64,000 nt of DNA from a virus, in the IMG/VR virus record IMGVR_UViG_3300048033_000857, positions 1 to 64,000 of that record. One strand, given 5' to 3'. Positions 29,850-39,184 of this stretch are shown in pieces (positions within the stretch are counted from its first letter, which is position 1; each line of letters opens with the position of its first letter). Position numbers and translations under genes: made by a program. The notes below the pieces were generated by a model that was not told the DNA's origin, did not search any database, and saw only the letters and a program-made list of their open reading frames with translations.

Positions 29850-31271
29850 ATGACTAGACAAAATACAGATTACGGATACGATATACAAAAGGTATATCTT
29901 GAAATGTTTATGACAGACGCTGAGAGCTTTGTACGCTGTCAGGGTGTGTTTGAACCTAATACATTTGACAGACGCTTAGTAGAACCAGCTAAGTTTATTA
30001 AGACATATGTAGAAGAGCATAATGCACTGCCTACATTTGATATTGTTAATGCAGCAACTGATAGTAACTTAAAACATCCAGGAGATCTTGCAGAGAATCA
30101 CTATGATTGGTTGTTGCAAGACTTTGAGACATTTAGTAAACACAAAGCACTAGAAGCTGCTATTCTTAAAAGTGCAGACTTGTTAGAGAACGGTGAGTAT
30201 GGCGCATGCGAAGACCTAGTCAAGCAAGCAGTACAGATTGGTCTGCAAAAAGATCTAGGTACGGATTATTTTGCAGATCCAAGAAGCAGACTTGAAGCAA
30301 TCAAAGACAAGAACGGACAAGTAAGCACAGGCTGGCCTGCACTTGACAAGAAACTGTTTGGCGGATTCAACAGAGGCGAGCTGAATATCTTTGCAGGCGG
30401 ATCAGGTTCGGGTAAAAGTTTGTTTATGGCGAACATGGGTGTTAACTGGTGTTTAGCAGGTATGAATGTTATGTACTTAACATTCGAGCTTAGTGAAGCA
30501 CTGGTTAGTATGCGTCTTGATGCAATGACTACAGAAATTCCAAGTCGTGATGTATTTAAGAGCATCGACGATGTTGAAATGAAAGTTAAGATGATTGGCA
30601 AGAAGTCAGGAGCCTTCCAGGTCAAGTATATGCCTACAGGCAAGAACGCAAATGACATTAGAGCATACTTAAAAGAATATGAGATCAAAACAGGACGTAA
30701 AGTAGACGTACTACTAATTGACTACTTGGATCTTATGCATCCAATTGGACAAAAGATTAGTGCAGAGAACTTGTTTGTTAAGGACAAGTATGTATCGGAA
30801 GAGCTACGCAACTTGGCAATGGAACTAAACTGTATCTTTGTTACAGCATCGCAGTTAAACAGATCGAGTGTTGAAGAGATTGAGTTTGATCACTCACACA
30901 TCTCGGGTGGTATATCTAAGATCAATACAGCAGATAACTTGATTGGTATCTTTACAAGTAGAGCAATGCGCGAACGTGGACGCTATCAAATCCAGCTTAT
31001 GAAAACACGTAGTAGTTCGGGTGTTGGCATGAAAGTTGATCTAGGCTTTGATGTAGACACATTACGTATCTTTGATATTGGCGACGAAGATGATGATAAT
31101 TATTCAAACGCAAATAGTACATCGGGATCTAGTTCTATTGTTGATGCGCTAAAACGTACTAATACTCCCGAATCAATTAATGAGTCTCCAGACGAAGGAG
31201 CGCCTGTAAAGAAAATAAAAGCAGAAGCAGATTCAGGTAAGTTAAGAGACTTTTTAAATAGACTAGGTTAA
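29850..31271 (+). CDS. Replicative DnaB-family helicase (T4 gp41-like)
   Basis: GGSGSGKS, IDYLDL, TASQLNR, KTR. Confidence 0.92.
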   Translation: MTRQNTDYGYDIQKVYLEMFMTDAESFVRCQGVFEPNTFDRRLVEPAKFIKTYVEEHNALPTFDIVNAATDSNLKHPGDLAENHYDWLLQDFETFSKHKALEAAILKSADLLENGEYGACEDLVKQAVQIGLQKDLGTDYFADPRSRLEAIKDKNGQVSTGWPALDKKLFGGFNRGELNIFAGGSGSGKSLFMANMGVNWCLAGMNVMYLTFELSEALVSMRLDAMTTEIPSRDVFKSIDDVEMKVKMIGKKSGAFQVKYMPTGKNANDIRAYLKEYEIKTGRKVDVLLIDYLDLMHPIGQKISAENLFVKDKYVSEELRNLAMELNCIFVTASQLNRSSVEEIEFDHSHISGGISKINTADNLIGIFTSRAMRERGRYQIQLMKTRSSSGVGMKVDLGFDVDTLRIFDIGDEDDDNYSNANSTSGSSSIVDALKRTNTPESINESPDEGAPVKKIKAEADSGKLRDFLNRLG

Positions 31272-31525
31272 TCTATTGCTACAAGTAGTTGCTTATCTTT
31301 TTCGTGTTGAAAATGTATCATAGGCTGCCAATCAGTAGTACCTAACGTTTTATTTTCATTTAAACTATTAGCAAATTCTCTACTACGAATTTTAGCTTGC
31401 TCGAGACTAGCAAGTTTTTTCATTCTTTCAGTTTCTGTTGCTAGAACTAATTGACGTATTTTTTTTGTTGCTGGGCTATATGCTTCTACAATATAATACG
31501 GTTTAAATTTTTTTGGATCTGACAT
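31268..31525 (-). CDS. Small hypothetical protein (paralog of 34849-35127)
   Basis: Start MSDPKK at 31525 with AGGAG; AYS...FA..LN.....G.TDW pattern shared with the paralog. Confidence 0.65.
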   Translation of the reverse strand: MSDPKKFKPYYIVEAYSPATKKIRQLVLATETERMKKLASLEQAKIRSREFANSLNENKTLGTTDWQPMIHFQHEKDKQLLVAID

Positions 31526-31537
31526 AGTGTCTCCTTT

Positions 31538-31558
31538 CTTATATTTAATAAATATAAG
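31538..31558. promoter_or_regulatory. Palindromic back-to-back late promoters
   Basis: CTTATATTTA-A-TAAATATAAG perfect inverted repeat between divergent genes. Confidence 0.7.
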
Positions 31559-31575
31559 CAAAGGAATAACATTTT

Positions 31576-33228
31576 ATGACAGTACCAGTACGTAGCCTAC
31601 GATTACAAAAAAGATCAGCAAGAAGTCTTGATACCCTAAGCGGAGCATCTGGTGAAATCTTTTTTGATGCAGACCAAAACACATTAAGAATTTATACTGC
31701 TAACCAAGCAGATAGTATTGTGTTAGCTGACCGAGAATGGGTTGATGAAAACACTTTTAGCGGCAACTATGCAGAGTTAACTAATACTCCTTTCATACCA
31801 ACAGATGTTAGCGAACTGTCTGATAGCGGTAATACTTTGTTTAGTGGCAATTACTTAGATTTAGTTGGTGCTCCTGACTTAGACAGCCTTAGTGTAGATA
31901 TTAGCACAATTGATAGTATAGGTGATGTTGATACATCTACTAATCCTTTAGTAGCAGGACAGCTATTAGAATGGGACGGCAGTAATTGGGTTAACACTAC
32001 TGTAACAGGATTTACAGATACTAACACTACGTATTCTTTTGGGATTGCTACTAACGTTGACGGCGGCGTTGATTTAAATTTAACCGATAGTGATGCTAAT
32101 GTCGAACCAGTAAATGTAGTTGGGTTAAACGGTATTGACGTTGTATTAAATTTAAGTGGAAACTTAGAAATACAAAATAATACAGTATACACTATCGATG
32201 AGCTTTCTAATGTTAATATTTCAAATCCAAGTACCGGCCAAGCAGTAATATGGGACGGCACACAATGGGCAAATGGTAGCGCCGCAGCGCAAGGAGGTGT
32301 TGCACTTTCAGATTTAAGCGTAGGTCCAGCAGCTAGTGCTTCTAGCGATGGCGCTATATCATACGATAACACTACCGGAGTCTTTACATATACACCCCCA
32401 GATCTCACAGCGTATGCAGCATTAACTGCGTTTAGTGTATCAGTTGGTACAGCTCAAAGTGCAGGTAATTTAAGCTATAATAGCGATACAGGAGTATTTA
32501 CGTTTAATCCAGCTAACTTGTCAGGATACGCACAACTTGACGATTTAAGTGTTACACAAAATGCTGCAAGCGGCTCAGGTTCGTTAAGTTATTCTAATAG
32601 TACCGGAGTATTTGAATATACTCCTCCTGATTTATCTGGCGCAGGTGGAGGAGAAGTTATAGATGATACTACTCCGCAACTTGGCGGTAATTTAGATCTA
32701 AATACATTTGATATTATCGGCCCAGGCGATATTAACGTTTCAGGCTCCGGTACGTTTACTGGACCAATTAGCGCATCTAGTTTCTCAAGTAGTGCAACAG
32801 GTGCTCCATCAATTACAAGTGCAAGCACAATTACACTAACAGCACCAGATGGCATTATTGCAGACGGATTTATAGTAAAAAATACTATCTCTTATAATGT
32901 AAACGCTGCTACATTTGATTTTGATTGTGGTAATGGTGATAGTATCTTTACAGTTGCTAATAATAGCACTTCTGCAAATTACACAGCAAACTTTACTAAC
33001 TTTCCTATTAGTGACGGTAGCAATAAGCATACAAGAGTTGTAATATACGATATATTTGGTACAGGTCCAACTGCTATACAAATAGGAGGATCAGCTGAAA
33101 GTGTAGCTTGGAGTGGAGGCATTACTCCTACGTATTCAGGGGCATCAAGAATTACATTTGATATCTTTAGTAGTGGAGGAAGCAATCTTACAGTATTTGG
33201 ATTTGTTGATACAGGCTGGAGCACTTAG
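31576..33228 (+). CDS. Tail-fibre/virion fibre-like protein
   Basis: GEIFFD, SG.Y.DL, L.WDG..W, three SY...TGVF.Y.PPDL-like repeats, DTTPQLGGNLD. Confidence 0.72.
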   Translation: MTVPVRSLRLQKRSARSLDTLSGASGEIFFDADQNTLRIYTANQADSIVLADREWVDENTFSGNYAELTNTPFIPTDVSELSDSGNTLFSGNYLDLVGAPDLDSLSVDISTIDSIGDVDTSTNPLVAGQLLEWDGSNWVNTTVTGFTDTNTTYSFGIATNVDGGVDLNLTDSDANVEPVNVVGLNGIDVVLNLSGNLEIQNNTVYTIDELSNVNISNPSTGQAVIWDGTQWANGSAAAQGGVALSDLSVGPAASASSDGAISYDNTTGVFTYTPPDLTAYAALTAFSVSVGTAQSAGNLSYNSDTGVFTFNPANLSGYAQLDDLSVTQNAASGSGSLSYSNSTGVFEYTPPDLSGAGGGEVIDDTTPQLGGNLDLNTFDIIGPGDINVSGSGTFTGPISASSFSSSATGAPSITSASTITLTAPDGIIADGFIVKNTISYNVNAATFDFDCGNGDSIFTVANNSTSANYTANFTNFPISDGSNKHTRVVIYDIFGTGPTAIQIGGSAESVAWSGGITPTYSGASRITFDIFSSGGSNLTVFGFVDTGWST

Positions 33229-34838
33229 TGGAACGAGAATACACAGTAGTAGCAAACACTAGAGAAGACTTGCCCGCACTTGAAGCAGAGATTACTGCGA
33301 GCAGTGGAGCAGGCCCTATACCTAGTCGCTCAGTAGACGTTGCTAACCCACGCCCTGGATCAAAGATACAAACACACTTTATGCTTACTGATGAAGAAGC
33401 AGAAGCTCTACGTAGCGATCCTAGAGTACGTGCTGTAGAGATACCTCCGGACCAACGTGACGATATTAGCATTGGACTAAACGCATCACAATCAGGTACA
33501 TTTTTTAGAGGTAGTGGTTTAGACAACAATTATGTAAACTGGGGCCTAAGACGTTGCATGGCTGAAGCTAACAATTTTGTTAGTGGTGGTAGTAGATCAG
33601 ATACTATAGAAGGTGGCTACGAATACGCAATGGACGGAACAGGAGTTGATGTAGTAATACAAGACAGTGGCATAGATCCTGATCATCCGGACTGGAATGA
33701 TTATAACGGCACATCGAGACTACAACAAATTGATTGGTATACTGAGTCGGGTGTTGTAGGAACACAGAGTCAAGACCATTACAGAGACCTAGATGGACAC
33801 GGATCACATTGTGCAAGTATTGCCGCTGGACTGTTGTATGGATGGGCTAAAGGTGCGCAAATATACTCACAGAAACTAGGAGGCCTAGAAACGCTACAAG
33901 GCAGTGACGGAACTGGAATTCCAATTGCTGATGCATTTGATTGTATACGTCTTTGGCACACTGCAAAAACAAACGGCCGTCCGACAGTTGTAAACATGTC
34001 GTGGGGATATGGTGCTAACGTAACTGGTGATCCAACCAGCGGCACATACAGAGGAACAGCTTGGACATATGGTGTTGACTATACTAACAGAGCACAACTA
34101 ATGGCTGCTACAGGTGTAAGTCAAAACTTCTTTGGTGGCGGAACAAGTCATCGTATTCCTGTTAGAGTAGCAAGTGTTGATGCAGAAGTTGACGACATGA
34201 TTCTCGATGGCATACACGTTTGTATTGCAGCTGGCAACAATCTACACAAAGCAGACTTGCCTGCAGGTGCTGACTACGATAACACATCAACATTTGGCGG
34301 TACATCTAGAACCTATCACAGAGGTAGCTCGCCTTATAGTTTAGATGCGTTTATGGTAGGCAACATAGACAGTGGAGCACAAACAAGCGGTGGTGCAACA
34401 GATAACTCAATACTATTAGATCAAACTAGTTCAAGCACAACACGTGGTCCAGGAGTTAACATATTTGCACCAGGAACAGACATAATGGCAGCTACTAGTA
34501 CAGGTTACGACACAGGTAGTTATTCGGTTACTGGTTATCCGGGTACTCCAGGATTTCCTATTATGAGCATTAGCGGAACATCAATGGCAAGCCCACAAGT
34601 ATGCGGAGTAGTAGCACAACACCTTCAGGTATTTCCAAACCTAACACCTGCACAAATGCAAACAAGAATATTTAATGATTCAAAGTCAGTACTGTTTACC
34701 ACAAACTCAGACACAGACTACGAACGTATATACGACAGTCTAATGGGAGCACCTAATCGTATGCTCTACAGTAGATACGGCAAGCAAGCAATAACAGTGA
34801 ATACTGTAGATTTATTAGAAGCAATATCTGTTACATAA
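33228..34838 (+). CDS. Subtilisin-like S8 serine protease
   Basis: Catalytic D (VVIQDSG), H (HGSHCA), oxyanion N (AAGN), S (SGTSMASP). Confidence 0.9.
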   Translation: MEREYTVVANTREDLPALEAEITASSGAGPIPSRSVDVANPRPGSKIQTHFMLTDEEAEALRSDPRVRAVEIPPDQRDDISIGLNASQSGTFFRGSGLDNNYVNWGLRRCMAEANNFVSGGSRSDTIEGGYEYAMDGTGVDVVIQDSGIDPDHPDWNDYNGTSRLQQIDWYTESGVVGTQSQDHYRDLDGHGSHCASIAAGLLYGWAKGAQIYSQKLGGLETLQGSDGTGIPIADAFDCIRLWHTAKTNGRPTVVNMSWGYGANVTGDPTSGTYRGTAWTYGVDYTNRAQLMAATGVSQNFFGGGTSHRIPVRVASVDAEVDDMILDGIHVCIAAGNNLHKADLPAGADYDNTSTFGGTSRTYHRGSSPYSLDAFMVGNIDSGAQTSGGATDNSILLDQTSSSTTRGPGVNIFAPGTDIMAATSTGYDTGSYSVTGYPGTPGFPIMSISGTSMASPQVCGVVAQHLQVFPNLTPAQMQTRIFNDSKSVLFTTNSDTDYERIYDSLMGAPNRMLYSRYGKQAITVNTVDLLEAISVT

Positions 34839-34848
34839 GGAAATTATA

Positions 34849-35127
34849 ATGGCTAAAAAAGATCCATCCCACATATATGCAATACTAGCATACAGCAAAC
34901 AAGAAAACACAACCAAAAGAATTTTTGACGAGGACAGTTTACTTGCTCCGTATCAACACACCACACAGCTCAAGCTAGCAGAACAAAAGGCAATTGCATT
35001 TGCAGCACAACTAAATCAGCAGCGACACAAAGGAGCAACTGACTGGGTTGCTAGAACCGAACGTCAAGAATACAAACCTTCAGGACTAGTACGCGGTGCT
35101 CAAATCCGTAGACCAAAAATAGGCTAG
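34849..35127 (+). CDS. Small hypothetical protein (paralog of 31268-31525)
   Basis: Shared motif pattern; AAGGA RBS. Confidence 0.65.
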   Translation: MAKKDPSHIYAILAYSKQENTTKRIFDEDSLLAPYQHTTQLKLAEQKAIAFAAQLNQQRHKGATDWVARTERQEYKPSGLVRGAQIRRPKIG

Positions 35128-35143
35128 TAGTGTAAGTATACAC

Positions 35144-35830
35144 ATGCCCAAGAAACAAACAGCGTTCTATCAATACAGTTGCGAGCTGCAAATTGCTATC
35201 CCCCATCTTGCTTTTAGACAAGCAACAGAAATACACATGGAAAAAATGCTGCGTAGAAAAATCTCGCACACAAAAACTGTAGATTGTTTGCCCATGTGGT
35301 ATTACTTTTACTGTGTGGACATAGAAGATCCTCTTACTATAATGCAGCATCCCAATGATGATGTAGAGCTACATCCAGGACAGAATAGATTTATCGGACG
35401 CAGCATACGCGGCGATAAGCCTTGGGTTCCAGCTAGAATAATCTCAATTGGTCAAGAGTGGAAATATCATTTGAATGGCATTAGAGAAGTGCGCATGATG
35501 GACAACAGGACGTTTGAATACGAAACCAAAGAAGACTTTTATTCACAAGTAGATCTCTACACATGGAGTCACGGCAGTTATGCACCCACTCGCGGTGACT
35601 GGCTCACATATCCTGAGCGTTGGGCACAACAGCATCTAGGTGAATGGGGCGGAAAAATATATCTGCCCAACCGCAAGGTACATATTATAAATCGTCATGC
35701 TAAAAAATGGCTAGTAGAAGATGTGCGAACCCACCCAGGTCTTATGAGTGCTGTGCAAGAATTGTTTCGCAAACTCAAACAAAAGCAAGACAAATACCTA
35801 CGTAAAAGCCTCAAAGCTGCTAGAGATTAA
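35144..35830 (+). CDS. Hypothetical protein
   Basis: 228-aa ORF; TAAGTA 5 nt upstream; ELHPGQNR. Confidence 0.65.
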   Translation: MPKKQTAFYQYSCELQIAIPHLAFRQATEIHMEKMLRRKISHTKTVDCLPMWYYFYCVDIEDPLTIMQHPNDDVELHPGQNRFIGRSIRGDKPWVPARIISIGQEWKYHLNGIREVRMMDNRTFEYETKEDFYSQVDLYTWSHGSYAPTRGDWLTYPERWAQQHLGEWGGKIYLPNRKVHIINRHAKKWLVEDVRTHPGLMSAVQELFRKLKQKQDKYLRKSLKAARD

Positions 35831-35996
35831 CTTTGCCCACTACAACGATACACAACACACATATAAAAAAAGAAATCCACTAACCATAACGACAGATACA
35901 TTGCATAGCCCTGCAACACCCCGTAAATAACGATTTACAAAAAGATGGTAGTTTATACTCAACCCACTAGTGTAAAACAGCACTAGCCCACACAAG

Positions 35997-36071
35997 CCGC
36001 AGAGCGGTCCGCGCAAATTCTAGACAGCCGCGAAGCGGTAAACGCTTTTTGCAAAATTTTTAGCGTTTACC
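35997..36071. repeat. Cluster of GC-rich hairpins between convergent genes
   Basis: CCGC-AGA-GCGG, CCGC-GAA-GCGG and GGTAAACGCT..AGCGTTTACC. Confidence 0.6.
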
Positions 36072-36081
36072 TAAAACAAGC

Positions 36082-36297
36082 TCAATCAATGCACACGGGT
36101 GTAAAGCTAGTGCTGTCCGATAGTATCAACAAGCCTATGATTCTATCTCTATCCGATTCAAACACAATACGCGATGCGCTTGATTGTGATGTATGGATGC
36201 CTCTTAAGAATAGTTCTACTGTAGCACAGTATGTGATTGACTCTTTTAGTATAGTAGATGTTGGTTCTGGATTGTATACTAGTTTGACTTCATACAT
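36082..36297 (-). CDS. Hypothetical protein
   Basis: 71-aa ORF downstream of a structured leader. Confidence 0.5.
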   Translation of the reverse strand: MYEVKLVYNPEPTSTILKESITYCATVELFLRGIHTSQSSASRIVFESDRDRIIGLLILSDSTSFTPVCID

Positions 36298-36316
36298 ATA
36301 TAAGACTCTTTAATAA

Positions 36317-36418
36317 AGTGTATGCACAGTGCGGTCAGCTAGTCTGCTGAGTGTATATAGCGTATAACGCATATCTGTTGACATGTGTTCAAACTGTGAT
36401 GCGCACTGTGCATACACT
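36317..36418 (-). ncRNA. Candidate structured RNA or 5' leader (17-bp closing stem with internal hairpins)
   Basis: AGTGTATGCACAGTGCG / CGCACTGTGCATACACT perfect inverted repeat; minus-strand TAAGTA at 36421-26 immediately upstream. Confidence 0.45.
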
Positions 36419-36740
36419 ATTACTTATATTAGAGCTAGCGTGGTTCCACAGTTAAGAGGTTCTGTTTTACATACACTAGAGCTAAAGCTCTAACACGCTA
36501 CGCTAGTTCGCTTGCGTGTGTTTGCTTCGCTTTACTGTGTAGCGTAAGTTAGGTCCGAAATGGGTCCTGCAGGGTAAAAATTTTGCTGCGCAGTTTTTTT
36601 AGGTGAAGTACTTACAGAAGTGGGGTGGTGATTTTGCCTCTGTACGTTTTTAAATCATTAAGCGCAGCTAAGTTGTTGTTTTTAAAAGTCTTTTATACCC
36701 CACCGTACCCCCGACGCCTCGAGAAAAATTTTTTTTTTTG

Positions 36741-36774
36741 AAAAAGAAAAAAGACAAGTGTTGCCACTTGCCTT
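36741..36774 (-). terminator. Intrinsic terminator ending the early module
   Basis: Minus strand AAGGCAAGUG-GCAA-CACUUGUCUU followed by a U-tract. Confidence 0.75.
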
Positions 36775-36821
36775 TCTCTTACATGCAGATCTGAGCCTGC
36801 CGTCTACACTCTTATTGTTCT

Positions 36822-37166
36822 CTAGTCTAGTCTGCTACCTGCGTAGGCTTTGTCAAAGCCATACTTCTTAAGCACATCAGCTGCTGCTCTAGCACCTGCT
36901 TCTAGTGTGTCCACGTTCTGTGTAGGATACTTACTAGGGTTCCATATCTGGTAAGCGCCGTTGTAGGCTTTGTTAATACCTGCTTGTTTCATAGCACGAC
37001 CCAACTTGGTGTTGCCTTTAATGCCGAAGATGTCTACCCAAGCAAAGCCACAAGCACCCCAGCCACCATTGGGGAAGTGTGTGTTCTCAAAAGCATCAGC
37101 TGCTTCATATGCTGCTTCAGTTGCTTCACGTAGTGCTTGCTTGATTGTGTTTACTGTAATGTCCAT
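36822..37166 (-). CDS. Early hypothetical protein
   Basis: WGACGFAWV; own promoter and GAGGGC RBS. Confidence 0.75.
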   Translation of the reverse strand: MDITVNTIKQALREATEAAYEAADAFENTHFPNGGWGACGFAWVDIFGIKGNTKLGRAMKQAGINKAYNGAYQIWNPSKYPTQNVDTLEAGARAAADVLKKYGFDKAYAGSRLD

Positions 37167-37221
37167 AGTGTTTAGCCCTCTTGCTATGTTTAACTTACTC
37201 TATTAGTATAGCATCTATATG

Positions 37222-37401
37222 CTATGTGTCAACCCCTAATGGCTCTGCTTCAACACTTGCTTCTGCCATTTCAAACATTGCATACAGCATGTCAATGCAC
37301 TTGGCTTCGTTCTTCATGCTCAATGGCAGCTCACGGATCAGTTCTTCTACTGTGTCTAGTGTTGTGTCCAATTGCTCAAGTGTGTGTGCTACAGTCTTCA
37401 T
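37222..37401 (-). CDS. 59-aa acidic early protein (not in ORF track)
   Basis: MKTVAHTLEQLDTTLDTVEELIRELP...; AGGAG RBS. Confidence 0.65.
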   Translation of the reverse strand: MKTVAHTLEQLDTTLDTVEELIRELPLSMKNEAKCIDMLYAMFEMAEASVEAEPLGVDT

Positions 37402-37411
37402 AGTGTTCTCC

Positions 37412-37687
37412 TTAGTACAGTTCGTATACAGTTGGTGCGTTTAGATTGTTTGCGTTACAGTATGCTTCAAGCTCACGGCATACTGTAGCTAGGAAGCGAT
37501 ACTTGCGCTGTGCTTCTGCGTTAGATATCTCTCCATCACAGTGCAAGTTCTCTGGCGATAGTTTGCTGTCCAGTGTACGTGCCAAGTCATTCACTTGAGT
37601 CTGGCTCAGTGGAAATGTCATTGGAGCTGTGTTGAAGAATGCGATCCAACGGTTGTTGTCATCGATGAAGTTCTTTAGGTTTTGCAT
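37412..37687 (-). CDS. Early hypothetical protein
   Basis: LSPENLHCDGE motif; promoter and GAGGGC RBS. Confidence 0.75.
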   Translation of the reverse strand: MQNLKNFIDDNNRWIAFFNTAPMTFPLSQTQVNDLARTLDSKLSPENLHCDGEISNAEAQRKYRFLATVCRELEAYCNANNLNAPTVYELY

Positions 37688-37770
37688 GTGTTTGCCCTCT
37701 ATTGCTTAACTGTTATATACAGTATATGATCAATTAGAGGATATGTCAACCCCTAATTGCAAAAAAGATC

Positions 37771-37977
37771 AAAAAAAAGCCCTAGCATTGGACGAGGGCA
37801 CATCCTGCTAGGGCTTAGTCTAGGAAGCAGAGCGTGAGGGCATACGCTGTTCCACTACCTTAGTTACCTTGCAGCTCTAATGGGCTGCTTCGGTGTACAC
37901 ACACTCGGACGAGGGCTGTCCTCCTGTGTGTTCGAACTAGCACGAGGGCACATGCTAGTTCTACAGTATGCGGAGCT
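37771..37977 (-). ncRNA. Candidate small RNA with four GCCCUC-displaying hairpins ending in an intrinsic terminator
   Basis: Plus-strand GAGGGC at 37794, 37836, 37911, 37944, each centred in a stem; G-U pairs and a U8 tail work on the minus strand. Confidence 0.7.
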
Positions 37978-38979
37978 CTATGCTCGACGCATCACTGTAT
38001 TCTCTGCCATTGCTTCCCACTTGGTAGGGAACGCTTCGGCTAAGTCTGCTACCTTGAGCACTGTACGCAAGCTCAGTTCGCGCAGACGATTTTTATTAAT
38101 ATCTACAAAGTCCATGATGTCCTCTTTGACTTCATCATCAATCTTGCGATCGTCTAACATACCATCCGACACCACTTGCTTGATGCGCAGTACTTTGTCC
38201 TTGTCCGTATCGATAGTCAAGTCCATGTAGTGGCAACGGCTCTCTAGCGCACTCAAGTGCTCACGCAGTTTGCCTTTGACTTTGTCGAACTTCAAGTTGG
38301 TAATGAAGATCGCACTTGCTTCGAACTTAAACTTGTCCGGCACACCTTCGTTGCGCAATTTGAAGCTGTCGGTGTTCCAATGGATCCAACGATTCTTCTT
38401 TGAGTCTAGTGCTGCTTTCAAAATATTAAGGCTTAGATCATCTTGGAAGATGCTGTCACAGTCATCGAACACAACAACCTTGCCTTTGTCTGCCATGTTA
38501 AACAGTTTGCAGTAGAGTCCAATTGGGCTCATCGCACCTTTGATCACTTCGTGTGTCTTGCCTGCACCCAGTGTCTCCATCATAGCATAGCGTTCTAGTA
38601 CTTCTTCTACACCGTGGCTCTTGCCTACACCCGGAGGGCCGCTAACGATCATTGCTCGAACGCTGCCTTTCTTGACGGCTTTGGTCATATCTTTGAGCAT
38701 GTCAAACCGTTCGCGGATGCGCTCTACAATCTCAGCGTCTGACTCTTCGCGTTCGGTTGTCTCGACATTTGCTCCAACCTGCTCGTAACCCTCCGGGCCA
38801 GCAACCTTGATCTTGATGTTGCGATCCGGAAACCCATTTACTGCCGCGCCGTCGACAGTTACGTAACCTCCTCGAGCTCCTACTTTGAAACCTTCTACTA
38901 GTGGAAAGACCATGCCTGTCATGTCTACATCTTTACCACGAATCTTATATGTGCCTTCTGTAATTCTAACGTTTGTCAT
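37978..38979 (-). CDS. AAA+/P-loop ATPase, early
   Basis: Walker A GPPGVGKS, Walker B VVVFDDCD, LKAALD, IFITN, ALESR. Confidence 0.85.
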   Translation of the reverse strand: MTNVRITEGTYKIRGKDVDMTGMVFPLVEGFKVGARGGYVTVDGAAVNGFPDRNIKIKVAGPEGYEQVGANVETTEREESDAEIVERIRERFDMLKDMTKAVKKGSVRAMIVSGPPGVGKSHGVEEVLERYAMMETLGAGKTHEVIKGAMSPIGLYCKLFNMADKGKVVVFDDCDSIFQDDLSLNILKAALDSKKNRWIHWNTDSFKLRNEGVPDKFKFEASAIFITNLKFDKVKGKLREHLSALESRCHYMDLTIDTDKDKVLRIKQVVSDGMLDDRKIDDEVKEDIMDFVDINKNRLRELSLRTVLKVADLAEAFPTKWEAMAENTVMRRA

Positions 38980-39018
38980 ATCGCCCTCTTTGTTTCTAAC
39001 TATACGTATACTATACTA

Positions 39019-39183
39019 TCAGTTTCGAATCCTGTCAACCAAAGATTCGTCTGTTTGTTCAACAATTAATTTAGCACCAGAGTTGATTTGGCTGCGAGCA
39101 AAGTCACTCAGCTGCTGAGTCTGCTCAGGGAATGTGGTCATTGCAGCCACACCAATCACGATACCAATTGCTAGTTTGATCAT
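39019..39183 (-). CDS. Small protein with N-terminal hydrophobic segment
   Basis: Start MIKLAIGIVIGVAAM after GGAGGAG. Confidence 0.6.
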   Translation of the reverse strand: MIKLAIGIVIGVAAMTTFPEQTQQLSDFARSQINSGAKLIVEQTDESLVDRIRN

Positions 39184-39184
39184 C

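Noticed and set aside
37771-37977. Plus-strand CsrB/RsmZ-type sponge RNA
   Set aside because: Loops read GAGGGC rather than GGA; G-U pairing, the U-tail and local transcription all favour the minus strand. Not fully excluded
37880-38230. 116-aa plus-strand ORF
   Set aside because: Antisense to the ATPase and overlapping the hairpin RNA; no RBS or recognisable motif
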